Shown here one piece after another: positions 25,471-38,485 of a DNA stretch of 64,000 nucleotides. Numbering within the stretch: position 1 is the stretch's first letter; the number at the start of each line of letters is the position of its first letter. The stretch is from Ylistrum balloti (Eukaryota). The position numbers and the translations under genes were made by a program. The notes beneath the pieces are model-generated. The model searched no databases. It saw only the letters and a list, made by a program, of their open reading frames with translations, and was not told the origin of the DNA. The stretch is from positions 744,001 through 808,000 of the forward strand of contig NW_026781877.1 in assembly GCF_031769215.1 (NCBI RefSeq), given 5' to 3'.

Positions 25471-28400
25471 CTCTTATTTACAATGGCGTGTCTTTATCTA
25501 CACCCCACATGTATTAATAATGTTAATAGTGACAAGGTCAAAGGTTACATATCAACCAGTATTTATTGCTCGTCAGTTCATAGGACAAAACGGAGTAGAT
25601 TTGATCTGTATACATTAAGATCAGATAACATCTATTTTCCTGTCAACTAAACCACTATTGAACTGAATTGGTAGAGAGCCGAACTGAGTGTGCTCTGAAT
25701 TCTTAATTTGAAATATAGGGCTAATTTATTAATATCAGGTAATAAAATACAGGTTACTATTAATATTTGGTCGTAAAAATTGTGAGATAAGAAATAAAAG
25801 TATTATATTGATTTTGGCCTCCAGGTATTACGATTCGGTCACTGACACAAACCACACAGAGAGGGACAGAGCCTTTGCTCAGAGGATCATTAAATCACAA
25901 TTTTATATTATGGAAATAGAATACGTATGGGCAAGATTTCTGACTTCCATCAGATTTCATGGCATTTACAAGGAATAAAACAAACAGAAAGTTTGTAATT
26001 GAAATAAAGGCATGTGCCATACAAATGTATGTAATTTATAACTTTTTTTTATAAAGTTGTACTCTAAAAGTGTCTGTTATTGGACGAATAGCGTGGGTAA
26101 GAGAAGTCATAATTTCACCATTTTTTAAAACAACGTCATTCTTTAATTTAATTCATCTCATCTCCGAATTTATTCTCCCCATCATGACATAGAATGAAAA
26201 GCTAGCGTGTTACATTATTGCGTTTACATGTAATGACGTCACAATCACATTGTACTGAAAACTTTTTCTAATCTATTATGTGATTAAAGACCTGTCAGCT
26301 CAGAAAATCATAAGACGTTTTAGAGGCGTTAATCAACATACGGTACTCTTCTGTACATACCATAGAGAGCCGGGTGTTAAGTGTCATTTGTTTGTTTGCT
26401 TTTTAATAATCTTCTCAGCGAGCTATAAAAGCTTATAACAAGTTTCATGACATACAGTAATATGGACTCCTAGTAAAAAAGCATTGACGTGACGTAACGA
26501 CGCCTTCAATACAATTGTGTTGTGGATGGTCAGGCTTTTAAGAGACTAAATGGTTAGACATTAATTTCATAACCGATAAAAAGCATTATAACATCTAAAT
26601 ATCTGTTAATATTGTGTACTTTCTGTTAATTATGATATTTTAAAGTTTGCGTGACCATTATATTAAAATTGTGTCAAAAAATTGAAATAAAACAGGAGTG
26701 ACCCAACACTAATTCATACGAGTCGTTCGGAGAGTGTAAACAATGTCTTTGCACATGCAATTTTAGATTCAGATTAATTCAAATTCATTTATTTGTCTCT
26801 GTCACGCGTAGAGCGTGAAACAAGAGGTCATTTTACACAGTAGGAATTGAAACATCACTAGCCAATGAAGTTTTACATAATTACATAATTATAGTAGTAA
26901 GAAATCATATCAAAACGACGTGTTAAAACGAGGCTACGAAAGGTCACTAGATGTACTCGGCTATCTCCGATCAAAACACCGATAGGTGGTAGACACAACA
27001 GCGAGTGTCGACTAGCGTTAGTTTGAAGCTGATAATCTTTATCAATCTCTCTCAAAATGTTATAATTTTCTGAAGAGTCTAATTTTAAGTATTACAATGC
27101 TTGCCCGGAATCAAACGCACGAAAAAAAATAAATCTAACCGTTTAGTCGCTTTAAGCTTTCCGACAATGTACCCATTTATGAAAGTATCTTTTAATTTCG
27201 AGTTCACAAAACAAAATACCAACCTTTGAGTAGAGACTCTGCTTTGAGCAATGTTTTCTGTAGGGTTTATGCCTTAGCTACATTTTCAGTTATCAACCAG
27301 TTTATTAATCACTACAGTGCAATGACTATACATACCAAGATCATAAATTACTCGCGTCAGATAAACATGTTTTCTTCATCTTGATCCGATAATATCAATC
27401 CAACAGCATCGCCAGTAAAGGCCAATCAACAACCAATGTTCATATCATATACGTAACCCATACTTCTACAAGTCTACTAGTGCTGGGGTAATCCTATCGG
27501 GCACAGATCAAGGCGAATCTGTCCAAAGATCGGTCTCATTTTGTCTTGTCTGACCTTGGTTTTCTGAACACAAATTCGCAACAACAATGCCTAACTTGTG
27601 GATTAAGTTTTTCAGTTACTTAATAATTCTTTTTGTAAGAAGTTTGAAATGAACTCGTGTTATAGATGGAGCTGTGCTTATACGATACCAGATTCAGTGA
27701 GGTTTGATCACTCAGGCATGTAATACCACACGTACAGTACCAGACCAAACCACAGTTGGTACACTTTCTTTCTAACTGGTAATGACTTATACCACAAATT
27801 AGATTCATGACCTATCATATATAATTAACAATCTGTCAAACAAACTGACCAAGGGACATTGTTGTCTTTATGTAGTCGATCTATGCACAACGATAATTGG
27901 TCATGCATGTTTGAAACTACTTACATTTGACCCTTGACCTGCTGTGCTGATTTACTTGCGTGCGTAAGTTCCATTGAGGTGTAAGTAATATTCCGTTGAA
28001 CATAGACCACCTTCACACAACCTTATTCCGCCGTTCTATCGCAATACGAAATACATGTTTGTATGCTCCTGTCTCACACGAATTAACTCCCGGCACAGAT
28101 GTTTAGAAATCTTTCTGTGTAATAGTACTCCAGGAACTCCGCTCCACGCGCTGTGAAATGACGTCACATATTGGTACAACGATGTACAATTTCCAGTCTT
28201 TGCTGGTTTAATTTTCTCAATGTATAGTCTTCATCTGGAAGCCAGCCAGCTGTGAAAACCCTGCATCATGTATATACCTAGTTATGATTTATGATAAACG
28301 ACGCCGTTAGAGTCAGTTTTGACTGGCGGCACCCAAACAAACCACTGAGATGAGGCGAGGGCACAGAGTCCGACCAAACGTCAGCATATGACAGGTGCTG

Positions 28401-29197
28401 AAAACGGCTTGCTGAGGGTCTTCATATACCGGACAGGTGTTAACACTCTTCATATAATCAGCGCGAACAGGCGATAACAATGTTACAGCTGACGATATAC
28501 CTTAACTATGGAAAAATTCAAACCTCAGAACCTAACCACCCATTAATTTGTATCGATAATTAAATGCGGAGCAACACCGATATGATGTACGCTATAATGT
28601 TATACAAAGAGACAACTCAACAGACGTGTAAGATAAATACAACAAAACTTGTGATTTTACAAACGATGAGCCTTCTTTTCAGCACAGAGTTACAAAATAG
28701 TGCGGCGTTCCAACTGGATTGATCACGTCACGACGTGTGACTCCATTGTTCAACATGATCGTGTCATGAGACCTATGTCATCGTAGTGTTTACCTGAAGG
28801 AAGATCTGACAGGTATGTCGATACACACAACAGATCGTCAAAAACACCAACATATCACCTGTCAATCAGGTAGCTATTACAATTAGGAATTAACACCAGC
28901 AGTTATTCGGTCATCACTCAGGTGTGCTAGTGGCACTGTTTTACAGTTTTGGTCTGTGATTCATAATGACTGACCAGATTCCCTGGTTACACACAATGTA
29001 AATAAACGGCATTTTGATCAGTATTTGTCCAGTAAAGGCACAATCTAATTAGTGTTACACTGATATATGTTAATTCACCCGACGGGAAAGTTTTTTTTGT
29101 ATGTTTGTATTAGAATTTCACTCGGTGTGAGTCATTGTGGAGAAATGTTTGACTATCACTGTGTTCGAGCTTGGCTCATTGTGAGTTGTTTGAAGTG

Positions 29198-29267
29198 ACC
29201 ACGGTCACAGTGACGAAACTGAGTTATGTACCACGGTCACAGTGACGAAACTAAGTTATGTACCACG
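29198..29267. repeat. 32-bp direct duplication (2 copies)
   Basis: ACCACGGTCACAGTGACGAAACT(G/A)AGTTATGT at 29198 and 29230. Confidence 0.9.
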
Positions 29268-31428
29268 TGACCAAGCTCGGGAATACTTCGTTAAACGATC
29301 ATTATGATAAGGATACGACAGGCCATGCCTTTTGATATTTTTTTAAATTAATGTCCGGTCAATGCCCAGAGAAAGTTAACATATAAATGATGCGGAGTCG
29401 ATACGGTGTGGAAAGTCGATAAGCTTGTCCACCTATCTTACAGCACCGGGCAGGTAACGATAGAAGTGAATACTGGGATTAATCTACTCGATCATTGGTA
29501 TTGGGCTTTGTAAGCAATGGGTGAAATAAAGATGTAACACAATTTTAGTTAAACATCCATTTCTACGGTATATTACAGTGCGTCCTAAAAATAAAAAATA
29601 TTGAAAGCACACACCTCCACGTGATGGTAATGGTAACCATGTCCAATAATGAATAAAAATGGACGATGACTAATTTTGCTGACAAGTGGCAGATTACTAT
29701 AATTTGAACTAGGTGTACAAAGAAAATATCTAGCAACGGTATCAGTAAGTTGATATCATATGTAAACATTTACTTAAAAGATTTCCAAACATTCCAAAAA
29801 ACAAAGAAGACATCACCACCAATGCCTTGTATTAGTTGCAACGTAAAATGTTTTAATCACATCACAATATTACTCCTCTATTGAACATAAAATGAGTAGA
29901 AAGAACATCAGAAAATGATAAGGAGGAAAGCACTTCATGTCATGTGACGTCATAATTATGGCGAGTCATTGATAGAATGAAATGCGTGGTTCATGGCTTC
30001 AATCTTCAAAGGCGGAAATGGTGTTTTCGGAATTATCTCCCCTCGACCATTTCCAAACATATGCAGAAATTTCTAAATATACCTAGCAGAGTTATGCCCC
30101 TTATTTCTTCGCACTCGCTGTTTGATCCAACAGATAGGTTATCGACACATAATTATACAAGATCCTTTGCTCCGTTGGTAAATATCAGTTTAACTTGCCA
30201 TACATAGATTCCCGTATCACACACTGACATTCCATACATCAGTCTTTGAGGAAATGATGCTTTGAAATTTTATTTCTGTGGTTGCAACGTTTCTCTCACA
30301 TACCAGTTTTTTTTTCTTGTTTTCTTGGGTTTTATTTTCACTTTCATTCTGATGTATGTATATTTCCATGATATTAATTGTTTCTTATATAAATGTATCT
30401 AACTGGTGCCTCATCTCTTGTTCTGGGGTTGAGAACAAAAAATTTCATATGGCTGTTTACCGTTTACACAATGTCATCGTCAGAATTTTCTAAATTCTCA
30501 AAACTATAAAACATTCTTTTGCAATCTAACGTTGCTGTCCGTGACGGCTGCTTCAAGTCGTAGTCAGTCCCAACTTATCATATACCTGAGTTCATTTTAC
30601 CTGTGTTTTACCTGTTATCTGTTACCCGAGTTACTAAAGATGATTTTTTTAAATAGAATTATTTCTTTTAAATTAAAATAATGATATGATACACATTTAT
30701 CATTTGTCGACATGTCATACATACAATATTACATTTCACGATACACATTACATGTAATTCTACATTTATTCGGAAATGAAATTCACAGAATAATGTAACA
30801 TTTCTTCTACACATTAAATACAATATTACATTATCCTCTTGATACACATTACATACAATAATATAACTGTAACTCTGGTAGATACTTAGGGCAATATCCA
30901 GCACGGCTAGAAAGTACTTCTCTTTAGCTCGATCGGTTGAGCGTTTTTTTTACTGGACCTCAAAAATACAATCAACATATCGGAATTTACATAATGTAGA
31001 AACCCATTCTTCTCCCTCTCAGTCCTGACATCGGTCTTCTTGCTGTGTCGTGCTGAATGTTAGGCTAGGTATACAATTAGGAACTAAATTATAGTTTTAT
31101 ATCAGGTCAAGTAGCATAGACGGCCCCTCTCTACCTCATCTCTATATCCCACTCTCTCCCATTAATAAAACTTTTCCCCTCCTACTTTTTTTCCTATCTT
31201 TTTTTGTCCGCTGAAAGACCGAAACGTAAAACGCGATTAAATAAATAAATAAGCGTCACTTTTTGAGAAAGTGAAGAAGATGTGATGGTGTGTTTGCATA
31301 ATCGATGTCGATCCTCCGAGTCACTTTTTACGGGGTATGCATGTAACCATCAAATGCCAGAATGCGTTCACTATGCTTGTTTATAAGAAACTTGGTCATT
31401 TTCAGCGCATTTGCATTTATGCAGTTGT

Positions 31429-32975
31429 CACGAAGTGGGTAGTTGTCACGGAGAGGGGAGTAGTGGGTAGTTGTCACGGAGCGGGTAGTGGTATTTTGAG
31501 TGGGAAGTGGTGGATAGTTATCACGGAGCGGGTGGTTGTCTTTGGAGTGGAAAGTGGTGCATAGTTATCACGGAGCGGTGGTTGTCTTTGGAGTGGGAAG
31601 TGGTGCATAGTTATCACAGAGCGGTGGTTGCCTTTGGAGTGGGAAGTGGTGGATAGTTATCACGGAGCGGTGGTTGTCTTTGGAGTGGGAAGTGGTGCAT
31701 AGTTATCACGGAGCGGTGGTTGTCTTTGGAGGGGGAGGTAGTGGGTAGTTGACATGGAGCGGGTGGTTGTCTTTGGAGGGGGAGGTAGTAGGTAGTTGAC
31801 ACGGAGCGGTGGTTGTCTTTGGAGGGGGAGGTAGTGGGTAGTTGACACGGAACGGTGGTTGTCTTTGGAGGGGGAGGTAGTGGGTAGTTGACACGGAGCG
31901 GTGGTTGTCTTTGGAGGGGGAGGTAGTGGGTAGTTGTCACGGAGTAGGAAGTTGTTTTTGGAGGTGGAAGTAGTGCATAGTTATCACTAAACGAGTAGTT
32001 TGTCTTTGGAGTGGGAAGTAGTGCATAGTTATCACGAAGCGAGTAGTTTGTCTTTGGAGTGGGAAGTAGTGCATATTATCACGAAGCGAGTAGTTTGTCT
32101 TTGGAGTGGGAAGTAGTGCATAGTTATCACGGAGTGAGTAGTTTGTCTTTGGAGTGGAAAGTAGTGGGTAGTTGACACGGAGTGGGTAGTGGTCTTTGGA
32201 GGGGGAGGTAGTGGGTAGTTGACACGGAACGGTGGTTGTCTTTGGAGGGGGAGGTAGTGGGTAGTTGACACGGAGCGGTGGTTGTCTTTGGAGGGGGAGG
32301 TAGTGGGTAGTTGACACGGAGTAGGAAGTTGTTTTTGGAGGGGGAAGTAGTGCATAGTTATCACTAAACGAGTAGTTTGTCTTTGGAGTGGGAAGTAGTG
32401 CATATTATCACGAAGCGAGTAGTTTGTCTTTGGAGTGGGAAGTAGTGCATAGTTATCACGGAGTGAGTAGTTTGTCTTTGGAGTGGAAAGTAGTGGGTAG
32501 TTGACACGGAGCGGGTGGTTGTCTTTGGAGTGGAAAGTAGTGGGTAGTTGACACGGAGCGGGTGGTTGTCTTTGGAGGGGGAGGTAGTGGGTAGTTGACA
32601 CGGAGCGAGTAGTTTGTCTTTGGAGTGGGAAGTAGTGGGTAGTTGACACGGAGCGGATGGTTGTCTTTGCAGTGGAAAGTAATGGATAGTTATCACGGAG
32701 CGGGTTGTTTTCTTTAGAGTGGGAAGTAGTGGGTAGTTATCACGAAGCGGGTGGTTGTTTTTGGAGTGGGAAGTAGTGGGTAGCTGTCACGGAGTATGTG
32801 GTTGTTTTTGGAGTGGGAAGTAGTGGGTAGTTGACACGGAGCGGTGGCTGTCTTTGGAGGGGGAGGTAGTGTGTAGCTGTCACTGAGTAGGTAGTTGTTT
32901 TTGGAGTGGGAAGTAGTGGATAGTTGTCACGGAGCAGGTGGTTGTCTTTGGAGTGGGTATTGGTGAGTAGTTGTC
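31429..32975. repeat. G-rich ~46-bp minisatellite with subfamilies (GAGCGGTGGTTGTCTTTGGAGGGGGAGGTAGTGGGTAGTTGACACG)
   Basis: Directly visible. It explains the cluster of HYLPLQRQPP ORFs. Confidence 0.95.
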
Positions 32976-34082
32976 TCGTAGGTAGTAACGATGGAAGAAA
33001 ATGATGTGGGTAACATTCGCAGAAATCTCACAGAGAAGAAAAGTATTTGTATTTATACCGACTGTATTACTACATGAAATTACCAGTTTTATAATGATTC
33101 AATCAAGATTTACTCAACTTGGTAATTTATGTATGATAATATCAATACATATGATATGAAGATTTTGTTTTCATAAATACAAACTACATATTGGTTCAAA
33201 CATATCATTCATTTAAAAAAAATTTGAAATCTTTATCAATTTTAAACACCAAAAAATCAAATATTATGAAATATTAAAAATTGATTTTTTTCATTATTTC
33301 CTGTGTTGTATTTACATATGAATTAATAATTGAAGCAAGAATACTACAATGTAAAACTTAAAGTCTCAAAAAAATTAATATGATATAAGCTTCCGATATA
33401 GGCTAACAACACAGGTAAACATAGGTAAACTCATCAAATAGACTACTCCTTCAAACAACTTTCTCTGTCCATTTTTTTTTTTTTTTTTTTGAATGGGCAA
33501 ATCGGGTACAGTCGGTGAAAATCGTACATTTTTCACGTCAATATCTCGGTATTTGCCGGCCGATTTTGATGCGTTTTCAACCTTTGTGATTAAGAATCAT
33601 AAGAAATAAAACTATATTCATTTCTATATTCAAGCAGGGTACACTTTAATTTAGATTAAGCAAAGTCATTCAGTTTTAAGTTACAATTACTATAGATACA
33701 TCTATGATGTTTTTCCTTTTAAGTAATCTCAGTTTTTTTTTTTTTTTTATTTTGAGGGGACCAGTCTACCACACTGATTAAGCCTATTTAAATTTAACTT
33801 AATTTTACTTTTATCCTGGTAATACCACATCCCCTGGAAGGAGGCGCCAAAATATGTTTTTCTTTCCCACTATCACACGTGGAGAAAAGAGTCATCCCTT
33901 GGAATAATCATGTAAATTTTAAAGAAAATCCGACACGTTACGATTATATGATTTCAAAATTTCCCGCGTCATGTCAACTCTTTTATAATGAAAACCAACA
34001 AGGCTTTGGTCCTTCGGTCTTTTCATACTTAATCAATTACATGTATACACACGATACGAGGGTATCCGAAATTTTAGCCAAC

Positions 34083-34338
34083 ATGGCCGCCCTCGGGAAG
34101 GGTTTGACGCGAACAGGACTTTTACTTTTTGCAGTTGGTTTAGTGTTCGGTTTCTCGTTGACATATCTATTCACCACGACACAATCATGGACACCGCTAA
34201 ACACCAAACATATGTCACGTGCACAGTACGTGAAGAACATGATACCACGTCATCCCGAACAACACATGGATGAGGATGACGATAACGGGCCTGATCAGTC
34301 GGTATTCTGGTTCGACCAGGCATTTCACAGCCACGCAG
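34083..34338 (+). CDS. C1GALT1: Core-1 beta-1,3-galactosyltransferase (T-synthase), coding exon 1 (type II TM anchor and stem)
   Basis: GCCAACATGG Kozak; TM segment LLLFAVGLVFGFSLTYLF; donor GCAG|GTTAAC, phase 1, which joins in frame to 38486. Confidence 0.85.
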
Positions 34339-34539
34339 GTTAACTATATTCTACATTTACAGTTTGTATGTTTGCACTTTTGGACGGTATTTTGATAGTA
34401 CTGATACCTGTTTGGCATCTAGATTCTCGCAGGTTTCCCCTTAGTTCTCAAGTTTTAAACAGGTTGGGTCACGTATATGGTTAATAGTTGCATTTTAGTG
34501 ACAGTTGCAGTGAATTGCTTTAATTACAAATTTCTTTTC

Positions 34540-34985
34540 CTCAGATGTTGGGTAATTTGAAACAAAAACACCTATATTTCTTTTAAACACTGGTTTCAAA
34601 AGGGGTGTCATATTTTTAACATGGCCCACAGCCAATTTGACAATGTAGACATTTGTCTTTGTGTTATACTTATAATGTCAATTAATGTCACTAACTTTGT
34701 TCCCCATTTACTATATTATGTAGCAAATGAGAGAGCATTTAGTGCACATGTCATCAATGAGCATGAATTTACCTGTGTTCTATTTTCAGCAACAATATTT
34801 TATAATAAGCAAAGGAGTTGATAAAGTTTGTTATATTTAATTTACAAAAACTGATTTATTCACATTTTGTGTAAAAATGTACAATATTGAGTTGGTTAAT
34901 GGACCATGTCAAATATATGATGCCCTTTTTGCGAAGTTTTAAAAGAGTTTTATGTGTTTCTATTTCAAATTATCCAACATTTGAG
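34540..34985. mobile_element. Foldback/MITE-like element with ~95-bp imperfect terminal inverted repeats
   Basis: The left arm 34540-34637 (CTCAGATGTTGGGTAATTTGAAACAAAAACAC...CATGGCCCAC) matches the reverse complement of 34891-34985 (CTCAAATGTTGGATAATTTGAAATAGAAACAC...CATGGTCCAT). No TSD resolved. Confidence 0.6.
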
Positions 34986-35309
34986 TTACAAATTCATTAT
35001 TGAAATGTCGTAAAATGCAGAGCTATTACTGACCCATATCTGGGTTGTGATCAACCTGTTAGATTGATATCCTTGTAAAAAAATAATTAATCTGTAGTAG
35101 TCAGAGCAGTCTGACGATTTAACAATAACAGAATAGGAATTTATGATAGTCCCCATGATATAAAATCAGCCTTAAAAACAAGCACAATTTGATTAAAAAA
35201 GCATACACATTTCAATATACATATATTGCTGTTGTGAACAAGTGTTAAATTATATTAAATGAAATTTCAAAACTATTCAAATGGAACTACATTAAGATAA
35301 CCATATTTG

Positions 35310-36779
35310 GGGAACGAATAAATTTACACTTTTGGGAATTATTTTTAGTGTTAATCTTCATGAAATTCCAAAGCTGAATTTTGACAAAAAACTCATCAGG
35401 TTAAAATCATCGATTAAACAATGGAGCAGAAGGTCTTTAACTCCAATTGGTAGAATTCATGTCATCAAATCCTTGCTTATATCACAGTTTAATCACCTTT
35501 TTATTTCACTTCCAAATCCAAATGAAAACTTTATTAAAAAATTGAATTCCATTTTATTTCAATATTTATAAAAATTAAGCGAGATGTTGTTGTTCAACAC
35601 CATGTCAATGGAGGTCTTAAGACGGTTAATATAGATGCCTTCATGAGCTCTTTAAAATTAAGTTGGATAAGGAGGTTATTTCAAACCACTGAAAAATGGC
35701 AGGCTATTTTAAAAACCTATATTGATATTGATTTGCTGGCAAATTGTGGTAGTGAATATATACAGTTATGTATAAGTAAATGTAAAAATCAGTTCTGGAA
35801 AGATGTTTTTAAATCATGGTATAAATTCATTGTGCAAAGAGATAATTTGGAAAATAATGAGTTAATCTCCAAAATACCACTCTGGTATAACAAAAAAATA
35901 TGTATTGGGGGGAAACCTATTTTTTACAAGGATTGGTACAAGAAGGGTGTGATCAATATATGTGATGTTTTAAAAGAAGTTGCTCCAGTGTCTTTTTATA
36001 CCTTAAATGAGTTTACACGTAAATATCACATTGCTACAAATTTTCTTCAGTACCACAGCTTCATATCTTCAATAAAAGATTTTATCTCTTCATATGATTT
36101 AACTTTATCGAACATAGCTTACCCATTCATTCCTGTAAACATACAACCCTTTTTTAACCTAGTTAGAGGTACAAAACTGTTTTATGATATCTTGATTAAG
36201 AATGATGTGGCACCATCTTGTAAATTGAAATGGAATCAAGAATTTGACGATATTGATGATGAAGAATGGGCCAAAATTTTCAAGATCCCCTTCCATACTA
36301 CAAAAAATTCAAAACTTCAATGGTTCCAGTTCAGAGTAGTTCATCATATTCTGACAACTAATTCTTTTCTCTGTAGAATTGGTCTGGTTAGCTCACCTCT
36401 CTGTATTTTATGTAACTCTGAAAGAGAAACTATTACTCATATTTTATGGGAATGTAATGAAGTACAGAATTTACTACAAAGTTTTGAAATACTATTACAG
36501 GCATTACTTATTCCTTTTTCAATTAATAAAAAATCTTTCTTCTTTGGAATTTTTTCAAGTTCCCATATCAATAGGGTAGATAATGAAATTATAATTATCA
36601 TGAAGCAGTACATATATAGAATGAGGTGTCTGCATAATTCTTTGCATATAAACTCATTGGTAAACTCCATTAAAGACAATTACAAAGTCCAAAAATATAT
36701 TGCTGTTAGTAAGGGCGATACTGTTAAGGAGAAGTTTGATGTAGAATGGAGTAAATGGAAAAGGTTAATTGACATGTAG
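35310..36779 (+). pseudogene. LINE ORF2 C-terminal fragment (post-RT region plus zf-RVT-like CCHC), interrupted near 35569
   Basis: ORF 35332..35571 ends LFQYL*. A different frame resumes KIKRDVV...GGLKTVNIDAFMSSLKLSW and stays open to 36779. Confidence 0.85.
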
Positions 36780-37037
36780 TCGGATTCTGATAAATTCTAC
36801 TTGTAAATTTTATCCTCAAATATATAATATATATTTATACTAAAGTAGGATGTTTCCAAACCCTTGACAAGGCCATTCTTATCCTCTCAGTCTTCCATCC
36901 ATTTCTTTCATCTTTTTTCTTAAATGCTTTTCCTATTTCTCACTGTTTTTTTTCTGTCCAGTAAATTATGTGCAATACATATCTGAAAAATTTGTTGGCA
37001 TCTGTGTCCTTTTTTTTTTTTTTTTAGTCAGCATTTC

Positions 37038-37072
<35 letters not shown>

Positions 37073-37213
37073 GTTGTGGTGATGATGACAATGATCTTGA
37101 TTTGAGATGATGAAGTTGGCGGTGGTAGTGGAGGTGATGTGATGATAATGATGATTGATACATAATGATGGTGTGATGAGGATGATTATAGTGATGATAA
37201 GTGTGATGATGAT
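37038..37213. repeat. (GAT)n and GAT/GGT-rich low-complexity tract abutting the gap
   Basis: Directly visible. Confidence 0.85.
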
Positions 37214-37469
37214 NNNNNNNNNNNNNNNNNNNNNNNNNNNNNNNNNNNNNNNNNNNNNNNNNNNNNNNNNNNNNNNNNNNNNNNNNNNNNNNNNNNNNNN
37301 NNNNNNNNNNNNNNNNNNNNNNNNNNNNNNNNNNNNNNNNNNNNNNNNNNNNNNNNNNNNNNNNNNNNNNNNNNNNNNNNNNNNNNNNNNNNNNNNNNNN
37401 NNNNNNNNNNNNNNNNNNNNNNNNNNNNNNNNNNNNNNNNNNNNNNNNNNNNNNNNNNNNNNNNNNNNN
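37214..37469. other. Assembly gap (256 N)
   Basis: Run of N. Confidence 1.
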
Positions 37470-38485
37470 AAATGGAAATAAAAAGATAATTAAAAAAAAA
37501 AAAAAAAAAGATAACCATATTTGTTAAATGCTTAATTTAGAAATGAGCTCAACATTCATAAATGTAGTTTAAATAACATTATTTGAGCAGCCTGTATCTG
37601 CCCAAACAGGCTACAATATAAACCATATCTTTTTATTTGATTCCAAAATGTTAAACAAAATTCTACCTGATGTGTCATTTATTCGTCAAGAGTTAATGCA
37701 CATGTGCAGATTATGAATCATATCTAAATTTACTGCCACTGTTGAATACTTGACTCTTTTCCAGTCTCACTAGACTAAGTGAGACTTATTAAAATAGTGA
37801 ATTCCACTCTTATGATGAAATTTCATTTTCTCCTGATCTCTAATGTTAATTTTTGCTTTATTGGCAAAGCTTATCTCTGTGTTGAGTATAACTATTGTAT
37901 GACATTTGAAAGTATTTATAAGTGATACCCGGTACATGTGAATGCTGAGTCCAGCTGAGTGTACTAATACACTAATTTAATTTTAATGGACTCATAGAAT
38001 TTCGGGAGATACTTAAATTTTATATTGTGAGACCCATTGTTTTTACCTATAAAGTTGGAAAAACTCCAGAAAATGAATTGTAGATTGATGACTTGTTTTA
38101 CATTTGGTATTTATGACATCATGTATGAACTGGCATGTGTGCGGTTTAATGTGTCTTGACTTCATGATCATGAAGAGCTAATATTTTGCATGAAAATATG
38201 TTATATCAGGATAAGGGTAAACACCAATCACTGATAATTGTCATATCCATATGGGGTGTATGTTGCTGTTTAGAGATAACATTTTTAATGTGCTCAAAAC
38301 TAAGATATAGTGGTGTTCTATAGCTCTAGAAAAAAAAAACATCTCTTCCGTTGATGCTGTTAGTGTTATCTGTTATATGTGATACAAGAAGTTCAAACCA
38401 ACCTGAAGAACACCACAATGCATGCTCAGCCAAATGGTGTATATGTATATTTTTTCCAATAATGTGGAGTATTTTATCATTACAG

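Larger units (their letters stand above)
35310..37509 (+). mobile_element. 5'-truncated L1/Tx1-clade LINE with 3' UTR, poly(A) tail and 16-bp TSD, in C1GALT1 intron 1
   Basis: ORF2 C-terminal motifs (WSRRSLTPIGRIHVIKSLL; GGL; LKLSWIRR; CxxC...HxxxxC as CILC...THILWEC). AATAAA at 37477-37482 and A18 at 37492-37509. The TSD AAGATAACCATATTTG is at 35294-35309 and 37508-37523. Confidence 0.9.

Noticed and set aside
30924-30944. TAGCTCGATCGGTTGAGCG A-box-like motif
   Set aside because: No B-box or cloverleaf follows; too short to call.
31614-32696. Cluster of Pro/Thr-rich minus-strand ORFs (mucin-like)
   Set aside because: Overlapping frames of the G-rich satellite, with no splice or start support.
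33879-34082. In-frame 68-codon extension upstream of the C1GALT1 ATG
   Set aside because: It starts at GTG and has no homology. The ATG at 34083 has a strong Kozak context and gives the normal short cytoplasmic tail before the TM helix.
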